From an uncultured Phycisphaerales bacterium (GTDB lineage: Bacteria > Planctomycetota > Phycisphaerae > Tepidisphaerales > Tepidisphaeraceae): DNA of 64,000 bases. The translations under genes were made by a program, and so were the position numbers. Below the pieces are notes generated by a model that was given only the letters and a program-made list of their open reading frames with translations, made no database searches and was not told the origin of the DNA. Of the stretch, positions 1 through 10,371 are shown in pieces. The DNA lies in assembly GCA_963758525.1 (NCBI GenBank), contig CAVWVQ010000003.1, forward strand, positions 4,768,001 through 4,832,000, read 5' to 3'. Position 1 is the first letter of the stretch. Each line of letters starts with the position of its first letter.

Positions 1-115
1 CTCGTCAGGGGTGGGAGAATCGCCTTAGTGGGCGACGGGAGGGCAATATAGAGAGAAATCCGGCCGTTCGTCAAGAAAAAGTTTTATGAAATTAATAGAG
101 TATTTCCAACTAAGT

Positions 116-1186
116 TCAATTGGTGATCTCTTCTGCGTCCACGATTGAAGGAGCGATCAGCACCTTCTCGTAGGGGTCGGCGGGGTGCTTGATGCGCCAC
201 AGCAAACGCTCGATAGCGCGTTTGCCGACGTAATCCGCGTGAATATCAACTACGGCTGGTGCCGGATGAAGGCCGGTGAGGTAAGGCCGTTCGTTGTTGC
301 AGGTGATGATCTGAACATCCTGTCCCGGATGCAGTTTCCTCTCCAGGAGCAGGCGGTAAACGCTGGCGGTAAAGACATCCATGGCCACGAATAACGCGGT
401 GGGGCGCGGGGTTGCGGCGACGAATTGATCGAGGAGCGTGGCGAGGCGGGATTCGTTGACCTGGTTTTCACTTCCGAGAAGCTTCGCGTCGACCAGCTTC
501 AACACGCGCCCGCCAGCGTTTTCCATGGTGACTGCGAACCCAAGGCTGCGACGGGCACGCGTCGCTTCGCCGACAACATCGGTGTTGAGCACGTCGGTGA
601 TCATCGCGCACTCAGTATGGCCGCGTTTCTGCAGGTATTCGGCGGCGATTCTCCCCATCAGCAGGTGATTGGGGAGAATGTGATCGCCGACAAAACGAAC
701 CGGATTGCCCATGGCCCACACCGCGGGCGTCTTGAGCAACTCTTGGGGGAACTCATCCTCCGGCTCAACGCCGAAAAGCACCAGCCCGTCCCATCGAGAT
801 TGCTGGAGCATCGCGCGGACGCCGTCGTAGCTGGGCACGTGCCGGACGATGAGGTTCAGGTCGCGGCTTGCCAATGCGGCGCCCACACCGTGGATGACCG
901 ACGCGTAGACCGGCTGGTGATCGAATATCCACTTCAGATCGCGATGGCCCAGCAGAAGCAGGGCAATGTTTCCTTCTCCTGCCGCGAACCGCATACGGCT
1001 CTTGGGGCCGCGCCGGCGCTCGACGGGCAGCGGCACGTACTGGAGCTGAGCCATCGCCTTGCGGATTGCCTCGACGTTTGAAGCGGCCACTCCCGGAACA
1101 TTATTGATGACGCGTGAGACGGTTCCTTTGCTCACGCCCGCCACACGGGCGACGTCGAGGATTGTGATCGAGGGTGCGGAGGCCAT
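116..1186 (-). CDS. LacI-family transcriptional regulator
   Basis: N-terminal HTH TILDVARVAGVSKGTVSRVIN plus sugar-binding domain; divergent from the carbohydrate operon; ATG at 1186 chosen. Confidence 0.92.
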   Translation of the reverse strand: MASAPSITILDVARVAGVSKGTVSRVINNVPGVAASNVEAIRKAMAQLQYVPLPVERRRGPKSRMRFAAGEGNIALLLLGHRDLKWIFDHQPVYASVIHGVGAALASRDLNLIVRHVPSYDGVRAMLQQSRWDGLVLFGVEPEDEFPQELLKTPAVWAMGNPVRFVGDHILPNHLLMGRIAAEYLQKRGHTECAMITDVLNTDVVGEATRARRSLGFAVTMENAGGRVLKLVDAKLLGSENQVNESRLATLLDQFVAATPRPTALFVAMDVFTASVYRLLLERKLHPGQDVQIITCNNERPYLTGLHPAPAVVDIHADYVGKRAIERLLWRIKHPADPYEKVLIAPSIVDAEEITN

Positions 1187-1526
1187 TGAAAATACGCTCT
1201 GTCTAGAATTTAATTTCGCGACCCGCAAGAGCGTCCAAGTCTTTCCCGAAACTCACTGCCCCTCACGATAATTGGAATTATAGCAGTAAGTTCATCTAAA
1301 TGCAAACTATCTCTTAACTGCTTAAAATCATTACGCTTATCGACGAGATAAGATCGCTAAACGCGTTGAAATTTTAGATTCACGGGCACACCGCAAGGTC
1401 ATCACTCCGGCTTGCGCCGACAAATTCCAAAAAATTCGGTTTCTTTCGTTGCAATTTAGAATTAATAAGATATTCTTTGGAATTGTTACGTTAAGTCACT
1501 TAGAATAACTACGCGAGAGGAAACCC

Positions 1527-3872
1527 ATGGCACGCGAAGTGATCCACATCCGGGGAACTGCGGAGCAGGCCGAGGTCCGACAAACCAAGAGTGCGCGAAA
1601 GCCTCAAAGTCGGCGTACGAAGCACGCCGCGCTACTGAGGGTCGCGACGGCGGTCGCCCTGCTTGACGGGATTTCCGCGACGATGGCCAGCGCCAGCACG
1701 CTGACATGGGACAGCGACGCGATGCCAGGGAACGGCGTCACCGATGGCAGCGGGACCTGGGACACGAGCACGTTGCAATGGTACAGCGGCAGCAGCGACT
1801 CCGCATGGAACAATAGCAACAATGATACTGCTGTCTTCGGGAACGGCGGCTCCGGCGGCACGAATCCTTATACGGTCACCCTCGGTGCAGCGATTACCGT
1901 TGGCGGGCTCACCTTCAATACCAGCAGCAGCGCAAGCAGTTACACGATCGCCGGCGGCGGCAACACGCTCACGTTCGGCGGCAGCAGCACCAACGACCTT
2001 GTTACTACCAATGCCAATGCCACGATCAGCGCGCTGCTCGCGGCCACGGGCAGCGTGACAACCCTCCAGAAGGCGGGCTCGGGAATTTTGGCACTCAGCG
2101 GTGGCGGCACGTTTTCCAACGCCATCATCAGCGGTCCCAGCACGGGTTCCCTGTTTATTACCGGTGGCACGTTCACTGTTGGTGGCATGAACTTTTATGA
2201 TGCTGGCGGCGACAACAACACCACTGATGGCTTGGTGTTTCAAACAGGAGGCGCGGTCAGTACCTCGAAAGACTGGGATGGAAGGAACAAGACTTCTTCG
2301 TATGACATCACCGGCGGAACGTTGACGGCGACGACCCCCAATCGCATCCGGGATATCGGGACTTTCAACGCCAGCGGCAACGCCACTGTAACCTTTAACA
2401 CTCCTGACGCGCGCATTTCCAGCGACAACTGGAATGGCGCCCTCTCAATCAACGGCAGCGCATCGGTCACGTTTTCGACCAGCGGCTACATTGACTTGAA
2501 CGACAGCGGCGGCACCGGTAACACCGCCTCCGGAACCATCAATCTTAACGGAGGAACGCTGACCACTATCGGCTTTAGCTACGGCGGCGTCTCCACCACC
2601 ACCGGCGTCATCAATTTCAATGGCGGCACCCTCAAGGCATCCAGCAGCCAGGGGACGTCCTTCTTTAGCGCCAACGCCTCTGTTACGGCCAATGTTTACG
2701 GGGGTGGGGCCATCGTGGATACGAATGGCCAAACTAACAACACCATTTCCCAAGCGCTGCTCGGAACCACCGGCAATGGCGTTGATACTGTCACCGTGAA
2801 CGCTGGTGGCAGCTACACCACGGCTCCAACCGTCACCTTCAGCGCGCCGACTTCCGGGACGACCGCCAAAGGTTACGCGTTGATCAATACCGCTGGGGCG
2901 GTCACGAGCATCGTCATCACGAACCCCGGAAGCGGCTATACATCGATGCCGACCGTTACGTTTGGTTCAGGTGCGGCCACCGCAACATCCACCGCCAATC
3001 TCAACAATGCCGGCGGGGGTCTGACGAAGTTAAACGCCGGGACCTTGACGCTCTCGGCCACGTCTAACACGTATACGGGAGCGACGATCATCAGTGGTGG
3101 CACGCTGGCGCTCTCGGCTTCTTCGACGAACAACATCTCCAGTTCCAAGGCTATCACGGTCGGCTCCGGCGCAATCCTCAACGTGTCTAACCTCTCCAGC
3201 GGCACAATCGCTCTCGCCAGCGGGCAGGCGCTCGGCGGCGTGGGCACCGTCACGGGGGCGACCATCGTCAGTTCCGGCAGCACGATTTCCGCGGGCACCA
3301 GCACTACCCTCAGCACCGGCACGGCTAACACCACCGGCAAGCTCACCACCGGCAACGAGAAATTCGCCGCGGGGGGAACCTACGCCGTCAAAATCAATGA
3401 CGTCACGGGCACGTCGGGCAATGCCACGGGATGGGACGACCTTTCGATGGGAACCCTCGACGCCACCGCGTTGGGCTCGAGCACCACCTTCGCCGTCAAG
3501 CTCTCCAGTTCCGGCGCGTCTGCGGCGCACTTTGACAAAACCAGCAATTACACCTGGGTGATCGCCAACATCACCACCGGCTCGCTTCCAATTACCGGTC
3601 CAATGGCTGTCACCAACAGCTTGGGCAACTCCGCTGGAACCACGGCATCGAGCCTCTTTACGCTGGATACGAGTGCCTTTGTTGCTAACAACCCGGTCTT
3701 GGGATCGGGATCGTCGTTCTACCTGGAAGCGCTCGGATCGGTTGGCGGCAGCGAGTCGCTCGAGATCGGCTACAGCGCCACGCCGGAGCCGGGCGCCGCG
3801 ATTCTCGCCTTCACTGGCGTCGTGCCGATGCTGCTGGGCAGGCGGCGACGCGCCAAATCTAGTATTGTCTAA
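1527..3872 (+). CDS. PEP-CTERM sorting-domain surface protein with autotransporter-associated beta-strand repeats
   Basis: G/S/T-rich; GLTKLNAGTLTLSATSNTYTGATIISGGTL repeat; C-terminal TPEP + hydrophobic segment + RRRR; GAGAGGA RBS. Confidence 0.9.
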   Translation: MAREVIHIRGTAEQAEVRQTKSARKPQSRRTKHAALLRVATAVALLDGISATMASASTLTWDSDAMPGNGVTDGSGTWDTSTLQWYSGSSDSAWNNSNNDTAVFGNGGSGGTNPYTVTLGAAITVGGLTFNTSSSASSYTIAGGGNTLTFGGSSTNDLVTTNANATISALLAATGSVTTLQKAGSGILALSGGGTFSNAIISGPSTGSLFITGGTFTVGGMNFYDAGGDNNTTDGLVFQTGGAVSTSKDWDGRNKTSSYDITGGTLTATTPNRIRDIGTFNASGNATVTFNTPDARISSDNWNGALSINGSASVTFSTSGYIDLNDSGGTGNTASGTINLNGGTLTTIGFSYGGVSTTTGVINFNGGTLKASSSQGTSFFSANASVTANVYGGGAIVDTNGQTNNTISQALLGTTGNGVDTVTVNAGGSYTTAPTVTFSAPTSGTTAKGYALINTAGAVTSIVITNPGSGYTSMPTVTFGSGAATATSTANLNNAGGGLTKLNAGTLTLSATSNTYTGATIISGGTLALSASSTNNISSSKAITVGSGAILNVSNLSSGTIALASGQALGGVGTVTGATIVSSGSTISAGTSTTLSTGTANTTGKLTTGNEKFAAGGTYAVKINDVTGTSGNATGWDDLSMGTLDATALGSSTTFAVKLSSSGASAAHFDKTSNYTWVIANITTGSLPITGPMAVTNSLGNSAGTTASSLFTLDTSAFVANNPVLGSGSSFYLEALGSVGGSESLEIGYSATPEPGAAILAFTGVVPMLLGRRRRAKSSIV

Positions 3873-3903
3873 ACGTTGATGTTTCGCCTCATTGGAGATT
3901 GCG

Positions 3904-5007
3904 ATGAAACGCCTCAAGGGCATTTATGTTCTGAGCCCTGACGCCTGGAGCTTGTGCTACGGCCCAGACGAGCAGCGCGACATCGCGCGATGGGCGGACA
4001 TGCCCGGCGGCCCGCGGACGGCCGCGGACGTCGCGAGTCATCCCAAAGTCCTGGCCGACGTGGACGTGCTCTTCTCGGGCTGGGGCGGTCCGCGCATTGA
4101 CGACGCGTTTCTGGAGGCGGCCCCGCGTCTTGGGGCGGTCTTCTATGCCGCCGGTGACATGCGAGACATTCTGACTCCCCATGTCTTCGAGCGTGGAATC
4201 GCCGTCAGCAGCGCTAAGTCCGCCAATTCTCTGCCCGTTGCCGAATACACTCTTTCCTTTATTCTCCTGTCGCTGAAGCATGCGCTTCCGCTGGCGCGCC
4301 AGACGCGAGCGGGACGGCACTTCCCGTCGGCAAACGGCGCGGCCGGTTGTTATGGCAGCACCGTCGGGCTGGTCTCCCTCGGAGCGGCGGGGCTGGCGGT
4401 GCTCGATCAGCTTCAGCGGTTTGACTTGCGCGTCCTGGCGCACGATCCATTGCTCACCCCTCAACGTGCGCGGCAACTGAATGTCGAATCGGTGTCATTG
4501 GAAGAGTTGTTCCGCCGGGCCGATGTGGTGTCGGTTCACACTCCGTGGCTTGCGGAAACGGAGGGTTTGATCAGCGGCGCGCATCTCGCTTCGATGAAGC
4601 CGGGCGCAACCTTCATCAACACCGCGCAAGGCGCGGTGGTGCGCGAGCGGGAAATGCTGGAAGTGCTCGCGGCCCGTCCCGACTTGCAGGCCGTCCTGGA
4701 CGTCACCACGCAGGAGCCGCCCGCGGCTGATTCGGCGCTCTATACGCTGCCGAACGTACTGCTCACCCCGCACATCGCCGGTTCCACCGGCCCTGAGTGC
4801 CGGCGGATGGGGCGGTATATGGCCGAAGAGCTGGCGAGATATGCCGCCGGCGAGCCCTTGCGCTGGCCCGTCAGGCCCGAGCCGTTGCTGCAAGTGACGA
4901 TCGCGCGGTCCGTCAAAGAGCACCCGGGCGCAGCGCGATTGCAGGAACATTTCGAGGGAGGCATTGTGCCACCGGAGCCATCGTCGTCGCGCATGCAATC
5001 GGCATGA
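3904..5007 (+). CDS. D-isomer-specific 2-hydroxyacid dehydrogenase
   Basis: VGLVSLGAAG Rossmann motif, FINTAQG, AVLDV..EP, LTPHIAG. Confidence 0.9.
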   Translation: MKRLKGIYVLSPDAWSLCYGPDEQRDIARWADMPGGPRTAADVASHPKVLADVDVLFSGWGGPRIDDAFLEAAPRLGAVFYAAGDMRDILTPHVFERGIAVSSAKSANSLPVAEYTLSFILLSLKHALPLARQTRAGRHFPSANGAAGCYGSTVGLVSLGAAGLAVLDQLQRFDLRVLAHDPLLTPQRARQLNVESVSLEELFRRADVVSVHTPWLAETEGLISGAHLASMKPGATFINTAQGAVVREREMLEVLAARPDLQAVLDVTTQEPPAADSALYTLPNVLLTPHIAGSTGPECRRMGRYMAEELARYAAGEPLRWPVRPEPLLQVTIARSVKEHPGAARLQEHFEGGIVPPEPSSSRMQSA

Positions 5008-5073
5008 CATTTGGAATGGGGCGGTTCGATCAGAAGATCCGCACTCGTCCAACACCTTCGCGAGGAGTATCAA

Positions 5074-6204
5074 ATGAAGACCCATCACGTTCTGAATAGA
5101 ATCAAGCGATCCGGTTTCAACATTCTCCGAGAGCATAAATCCTCTCGGCGGCCCCTACATGGTTTTACCTTGGTGGAACTGCTGGTTGTCGTCGGGATTA
5201 TTGCTCTGCTCATCGCCATCCTTCTCCCCGCACTGGCCAGCGCCCGACGGCAGGCCAATCTCGTGGCTTGCTCGTCAAACATGCGCCAGATTGGTCAGGC
5301 CCTGTTCTCGCATGCCACCGACCATCATGGTTTCATGCCGTACGCAGGTCCGCTGATGGACCCCACCTCCGGCAACGTGGACAACCCGACGCCCGCCGCC
5401 TTGCATGACAGCACGATGAGCAGATACGATTATTATTATCATAACGCGAGCACCGTTAACAAGCTCCTGGTGATGCCTCTGGAAGGAGCTTTGGTTTCGT
5501 ATCTAGGGGGGACCATCCGAACAGACACCCTCGCAAACATGTGTAACGACCTGGGCGTCAACAACAGCGGTACCTACCCGCTCGGAACAAGTACTGTAAA
5601 TGCGTGGCCCACCGTCCGCAGAGTGTTCACCTGTCCCACGGATACGAGCTATGAGAACACGGGGGTCCCTCCGTATGGAATCAGCGCGACGAAATACGTG
5701 AATGGGGCTCCGGATGGGGAACAGTACTCCAGCTACGCCTTCAATTACGATGTGTTCGGACTGTCCACCAATACAAACTCCGGTTACGGCAATAATTGGG
5801 CCTACAGCTTTAGCTACGCGCGAGCCGGCGGGGATATCTCGAAAGTTTCTCGTTCGTCCGAAACGGTTCTCTTTACGGAAATGGCTTTCAATCAACCTCT
5901 GGCATCAAGTTCCAATCAGATGCTCTTCTCGGCATCTCCGGGCATGACACTATACGACGCGTTGGTCGGAAATACTTCCGGCCATCCCTGGTCCGGCGCG
6001 GCCGGCGACCCGAACGTCTTTGCGATGCTGAATTATCGACACAGAACGGTAATGAACGTTTTGTTCGCCGACGGGCATGTCGAAGCCCTCGGCATTCCGA
6101 CGATGGTCCTTGATGCGTCTTTCAACATCGTCACAACGGGCATCATGGCTAATGCTCCAAACTCAGGTGACCTGAAGCATGCATATCTGTGGCCTCCGCA
6201 ATGA
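5074..6204 (+). CDS. Prepilin-type N-terminal cleavage/methylation protein with H-X9-DG motif (DUF1559-like)
   Basis: [25 protein letters not shown]...C.SNMRQIG; C-terminal [23 protein letters not shown]. Confidence 0.92.
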   Translation: MKTHHVLNRIKRSGFNILREHKSSRRPLHGFTLVELLVVVGIIALLIAILLPALASARRQANLVACSSNMRQIGQALFSHATDHHGFMPYAGPLMDPTSGNVDNPTPAALHDSTMSRYDYYYHNASTVNKLLVMPLEGALVSYLGGTIRTDTLANMCNDLGVNNSGTYPLGTSTVNAWPTVRRVFTCPTDTSYENTGVPPYGISATKYVNGAPDGEQYSSYAFNYDVFGLSTNTNSGYGNNWAYSFSYARAGGDISKVSRSSETVLFTEMAFNQPLASSSNQMLFSASPGMTLYDALVGNTSGHPWSGAAGDPNVFAMLNYRHRTVMNVLFADGHVEALGIPTMVLDASFNIVTTGIMANAPNSGDLKHAYLWPPQ

Positions 6205-6225
6205 CGGAACGACGGAAGGTTTGCG

Positions 6226-6762
6226 GTGAGGAAGTACATGAACATCCGCGAAAAACTGAACCAGTATAGAGCGCTGTCACTTCCAGTCGTTGGAGTGGTG
6301 ATTGCGATCGCGCTCGCATTGATTTTCCGGCAATTGCGTGAAGCCGCGCCACACAAACCGGGTTTGCCGTCCAAGTCCTTCTACTCCGACGACGACGGAA
6401 AGACCTGGTTCCTTGACGAATATATGAAGATCACGCCGTTCGATCATCACGGTCGGTCCGCGTACAAGGTGGTGGTCTATCGGTGCAATGGCAGCACGCC
6501 GGCTGTCGCATATCTGGAGAAATTCTCGGATTCGCAGCAGGCGGCCTTGCAGGAGATTTCGCCGGCGGATGTCCGTGATTACACGGGCAGGTTCATGTCT
6601 TTTCAGGAAGCCCTGGACGTCAAGAAGCCGGGAAGCAATCGCTGGCTGTCCGTCGAGAGCAGAGGATACATCGATGCGAAGATCGTGACCTGCCCGGACG
6701 GGTCCGTGAAAGGACTGACGTTTGTATCGCCGCTTGATCCGGACACCGGGGCGTCGGGTTGA
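6226..6762 (+). CDS. Membrane-anchored hypothetical protein downstream of the prepilin-type gene
   Basis: N-terminal TM segment; FYSDDDGKTWF..PFDHHG motif; co-oriented in operon; start may be ATG 6238. Confidence 0.7.
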   Translation: MRKYMNIREKLNQYRALSLPVVGVVIAIALALIFRQLREAAPHKPGLPSKSFYSDDDGKTWFLDEYMKITPFDHHGRSAYKVVVYRCNGSTPAVAYLEKFSDSQQAALQEISPADVRDYTGRFMSFQEALDVKKPGSNRWLSVESRGYIDAKIVTCPDGSVKGLTFVSPLDPDTGASG

Positions 6763-6777
6763 GAAGCGGTTTCTCGA

Positions 6778-6930
6778 ACAGGGTTCAGGGTGTCAGGGTT
6801 CAGGAAGAGAGAATGAGTGAAGAGTAAAGGGTGAAGGGTGAAGTTCAGACGGGAGCTTTTCCGGCTTTTCCTTACTTCACTCTTCACCCTTCATCCTTTC
6901 CCTCCTGAACCCTGACACCCTGAACCCTGT
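6778..6930. repeat. Intergenic REP-like long hairpin built of 7-bp units
   Basis: Perfect 28-bp inverted repeat (acagggttcagggtgtcagggttcagga at 6778-6805 and its complement at 6903-6930) enclosing imperfect gtgaagg/ccttcac inner repeats. Confidence 0.85.
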
Positions 6931-6951
6931 CTGCATCCCGCGAAAGACCTT

Positions 6952-8766
6952 ATGCTCGCCACGATCGTACGAAGTCTCTCCGGCTGGGACTACGCGATCA
7001 TCGGCTTCTACTTCACATTCATGATCGGCATCGGACTCGTTTTCCGCCGGTTCAGTCACGACATCAGCGACTATTTTCGCGGCGGCGGGACGATGCTCTG
7101 GTGGATGAGCGGGGCGTCGGCCCTGATGGGGGGGATCAGCGTCTGGAGCTTCACCGGCGCCGCGGCAAAATATTATGAATCGGGACCTTGCCTTTACCTG
7201 GAAACGCTGCCAGGCATCGTCATTGCGGGGACAGTATTGATCTTTTTCGCCTGTTACCGCTTCCGGCAGATGCGCGTGATCACGGGCGTGGACGCGGTCC
7301 GCCGGCGCTTCGGGCGAGTGAACGAGCAATTCTACGTCTGGTGCCAGGTTCCCATCGGCATCTTTTATGCTGGGCTGGGTCTCAATACGCTCGGCGTGTT
7401 CATCTCCAGCGTCTTTCACGCCAGCCTGCCCGGGACGATTGTCGTCATCGGCGTGATCGTGATCTTCGTCGCCTCCAGCGGCGGCGTTTGGGCAGTTGTC
7501 GCCGGCGACTTCGTTCAGATGCTGATCATGCTCCTGGTCGTTGCGATCACCGCGGCGCTCACGCTGGCGCGACCGGACGTGGGAGGGATCAGCGGGCTGA
7601 TTCGCCAGATGCCGGCGCAGCATTTCCATTGGACCATGCTCGCACGGCCGCAGGTCATCCTGTTCTGGATCGGAGCGTTCGCCATCCAGGCGGTCTGTCT
7701 CAACCTCGACCTCTCCGGCGGCGCCGCCCGCTACATGACCGTCAAGGACGGAACGCACGCGCGAAAGGCGGCGACGATGGGCGTCCTGGTTCTGATGCTG
7801 CTGCCTCTGCTCACAATGATTCCCCCGATGGCGGCAATTATTCTCGCCCCCGATCTTCATGCCCAGTTTCCCAGGCTCAAGCAGCCGACGGAGGCCGCCT
7901 ACGTCGCAACCGCCATGAAAGTGCTGCCGCGGGGAATCCTCGGGCTCCTCGTCAGCGGCATGTTCGCAGCCGCGATGGCAAGCATGGATACCGGCCTCAA
8001 TCGCAATTCCGGAATCTTTGTGAAGAACTTTTATTCGCGCGTGATCCGCCCAAATGCGGGAGACCGCGAACTGCTCGTCGCCAGCAAACTCTTCACCGCC
8101 GTCTTTGGAGCGGTGGTCATTGGAATCGGGCTGCTGATCGCGGCATTCAGGGAGATCAACCTGTTCGACTTCGTGGTCATTCTCGGAGCGCTGCTGGGGC
8201 TTCCGCTGATCGTGCCGCTGGTCTGGGGAATTTTGATCCGCCGCACGCCGCCGTGGTCCGCCTGGAGCACTGCGCTCGTCGGTTTCATCGTTGCCGCCAC
8301 GATTCGCTATGCTATCTCGCCGGAATGGTTTCAGCACGTTCTGGGCTGGAGTCAGCCGTTGTCGGAGCGAGAATCCAATGACGTCGTGTTTGCGAGCATG
8401 GCCGTGGCGGTTGTTATCGCAGGGTCGGCCTGGTTCCTCTTTACGATGGCGTTCGCCGGCAATGCGCCGGCTGATTACAAAGCGGAAGTCGAGCGCTTCT
8501 TTCACGACATGCAGACGCCTGTCGACCCGCTGGCCGAGGGCATCCGATACGACGATGCGAGGCAATATCTCGTGATCGGCAGGCTGTGCCTGATTTATGG
8601 CGCCGTCATGTTGCTGGGAATGCTGATCCCCAACGCGCCGTCGGGCCGGCTTTGTTTTGCATTTGTCGGTGGAGTTGTCTTAAGCATCGGCGTGATCTTG
8701 CGCACGCGGGAATCCGCAGGCGGGAAAACACATGCGAACGAGAACAACTCAACGACGTTCGGTTAG
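6952..8766 (+). CDS. Sodium:solute symporter (SSS) family sugar transporter
   Basis: Many TM segments; DYFRGG..MLWW, SVWSFTGAA, GMFAAAMASMDTGLN motifs. Confidence 0.9.
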   Translation: MLATIVRSLSGWDYAIIGFYFTFMIGIGLVFRRFSHDISDYFRGGGTMLWWMSGASALMGGISVWSFTGAAAKYYESGPCLYLETLPGIVIAGTVLIFFACYRFRQMRVITGVDAVRRRFGRVNEQFYVWCQVPIGIFYAGLGLNTLGVFISSVFHASLPGTIVVIGVIVIFVASSGGVWAVVAGDFVQMLIMLLVVAITAALTLARPDVGGISGLIRQMPAQHFHWTMLARPQVILFWIGAFAIQAVCLNLDLSGGAARYMTVKDGTHARKAATMGVLVLMLLPLLTMIPPMAAIILAPDLHAQFPRLKQPTEAAYVATAMKVLPRGILGLLVSGMFAAAMASMDTGLNRNSGIFVKNFYSRVIRPNAGDRELLVASKLFTAVFGAVVIGIGLLIAAFREINLFDFVVILGALLGLPLIVPLVWGILIRRTPPWSAWSTALVGFIVAATIRYAISPEWFQHVLGWSQPLSERESNDVVFASMAVAVVIAGSAWFLFTMAFAGNAPADYKAEVERFFHDMQTPVDPLAEGIRYDDARQYLVIGRLCLIYGAVMLLGMLIPNAPSGRLCFAFVGGVVLSIGVILRTRESAGGKTHANENNSTTFG

Positions 8767-8796
8767 TCGAGCGGCAAAAGGATTGAGGCCACAAAG

Positions 8797-10269
8797 ATGA
8801 ACAAGCGATCGCGATGTGCCCGGATGTTCGTTGTGGCGAACGTCGCCTTAGTCCTGCACTCCCTGATATGTGGAAGCGCCATCGGAGGCGAGCCATCCGT
8901 TGCGCCGGTGAATCGGGATGATTGGCGATGGGTGAAAGGGGCCGTTTTTGTCCCGACCAACGCCGTCAATGAAGCACAGCAGTGGGACGAATACGATCCG
9001 GCCATCAACGATCGCGAGCTGCACTACGCCTCGGTGTATGGCGTCAATTGCGTGCGCGCGTACCTTCACTACTACGTTTACCTGAAGAAGAAGGACGCTC
9101 TGCTTCACAACATCGAGGACTTCCTCACCCGCGCGAATAAGTACGGCATCAAAGTGGAATTTGTCTTCTTCGACGACTGCTGGAATCAGCCGCCCAGGGA
9201 ACTGCTCAACAGCGATTACAAATATCCCGCGCCGCTTCCCGGCGTGCATAACAGCCAATGGCTCGTCTCGCCCGGCGAGGACGCCCGCAAAAACTACGAC
9301 CAGCACCTCCCGAAGCTCAAGGCCTACGTGCAGGACATCGTCGACGCCCACAAGGACGATCAGCGCGTCGCCTTTTGGGAGACGTATAACGAGCCGAACA
9401 AATCTCCCCAGACCATCCGACTCGAACGGGACGCCCTCAACTGGATCCATGAGACCGGCAGCAAAATTCCCGTCACTGCGACGGGTTCAGGGTTCTCCGG
9501 CGATCCCTTCTCCGACTTCAAATCGTGGCACATGTATGGCGACTACAAGGCCATCGCGAGCCATGACGAGCATGAACTCAATACCGAGTGCATGAATCGC
9601 CGCGGGCAGACGGTGCCCGGCATCGTTGAGCATTTCGCTGGAAAGAGCGGGTTTGAGATTTGGGAATTTGGCATCGGCCGCGACAATTGCCGCTTTTCAT
9701 GGGAGGAGAACCGCAAGACGCCGCGCAAGGACGAGCCCCGGACGCCGTTTCACGGCATGGTCTACGCGGACGGACATCCCTGGTCGGTGGAGGATGTGAA
9801 GGCGTTTTCCGGTCCACAGGCGTTTGCGAAGGCGGCGCTGTTCAACGTCGAGTATTGCAAGGACGAGAATTTTACCGAGTCGGCGAAGAAGTCCGTGACG
9901 CCGATGATCGACTTCGATCTCCCTGACGAGGAAGGGATGGGCTCTCCCGATCCTCAGGCCGGCGTCCCGCGCCAGCACTTCTCGATCAAATGGACCGGCA
10001 CGATTCAGCCGCCTTCGGCTGGCAATCACGTTCTCACCGTCAAAGGCAACGGCGCCGCAAAGGTGTCGATCGATGGCAATCCGCTGGTCGAGGTGAAAAC
10101 AACCGGAAGCGCGGAAGTGACCGGCTCCGCGCCGATACCCGCCGACCATCCGTCACTGATCACGGTCGAATATACCCACGGTGAAGGCCCCGCGCGTCTG
10201 CACCTTTTGTGGGCGGGCCGTGGCAGTGACGATGAGGCGGCGGTGACGCCGATCGCTCCGCCGAAGTAG
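8797..10269 (+). CDS. Secreted GH-A clan (GH5-like) glycoside hydrolase with C-terminal PA14 domain
   Basis: Signal peptide; WETYNEP acid/base motif; NTECM putative nucleophile; FSIKWTGTI PA14 motif. Confidence 0.75.
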   Translation: MNKRSRCARMFVVANVALVLHSLICGSAIGGEPSVAPVNRDDWRWVKGAVFVPTNAVNEAQQWDEYDPAINDRELHYASVYGVNCVRAYLHYYVYLKKKDALLHNIEDFLTRANKYGIKVEFVFFDDCWNQPPRELLNSDYKYPAPLPGVHNSQWLVSPGEDARKNYDQHLPKLKAYVQDIVDAHKDDQRVAFWETYNEPNKSPQTIRLERDALNWIHETGSKIPVTATGSGFSGDPFSDFKSWHMYGDYKAIASHDEHELNTECMNRRGQTVPGIVEHFAGKSGFEIWEFGIGRDNCRFSWEENRKTPRKDEPRTPFHGMVYADGHPWSVEDVKAFSGPQAFAKAALFNVEYCKDENFTESAKKSVTPMIDFDLPDEEGMGSPDPQAGVPRQHFSIKWTGTIQPPSAGNHVLTVKGNGAAKVSIDGNPLVEVKTTGSAEVTGSAPIPADHPSLITVEYTHGEGPARLHLLWAGRGSDDEAAVTPIAPPK

Positions 10270-10371
10270 CGGCCATATGGGCGAGTGTTGTTCGATCCCC
10301 AAACGACCGCGCCCTGATGGTCACGTTTGTGGCGGTGGAGCGATGAGCTTCTCTTCAGAAAGTCTCATTCT

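Noticed and set aside
1187..1526. LacI operator and promoters
   Set aside because: AT-rich divergent region, but no convincing palindrome could be fixed by eye
6877..8565. Long alternative-frame ORFs (562 aa antisense, 397 aa sense)
   Set aside because: Shadows of the GC-rich symporter gene with no motifs; the same applies to most overlapping ORFs in the track
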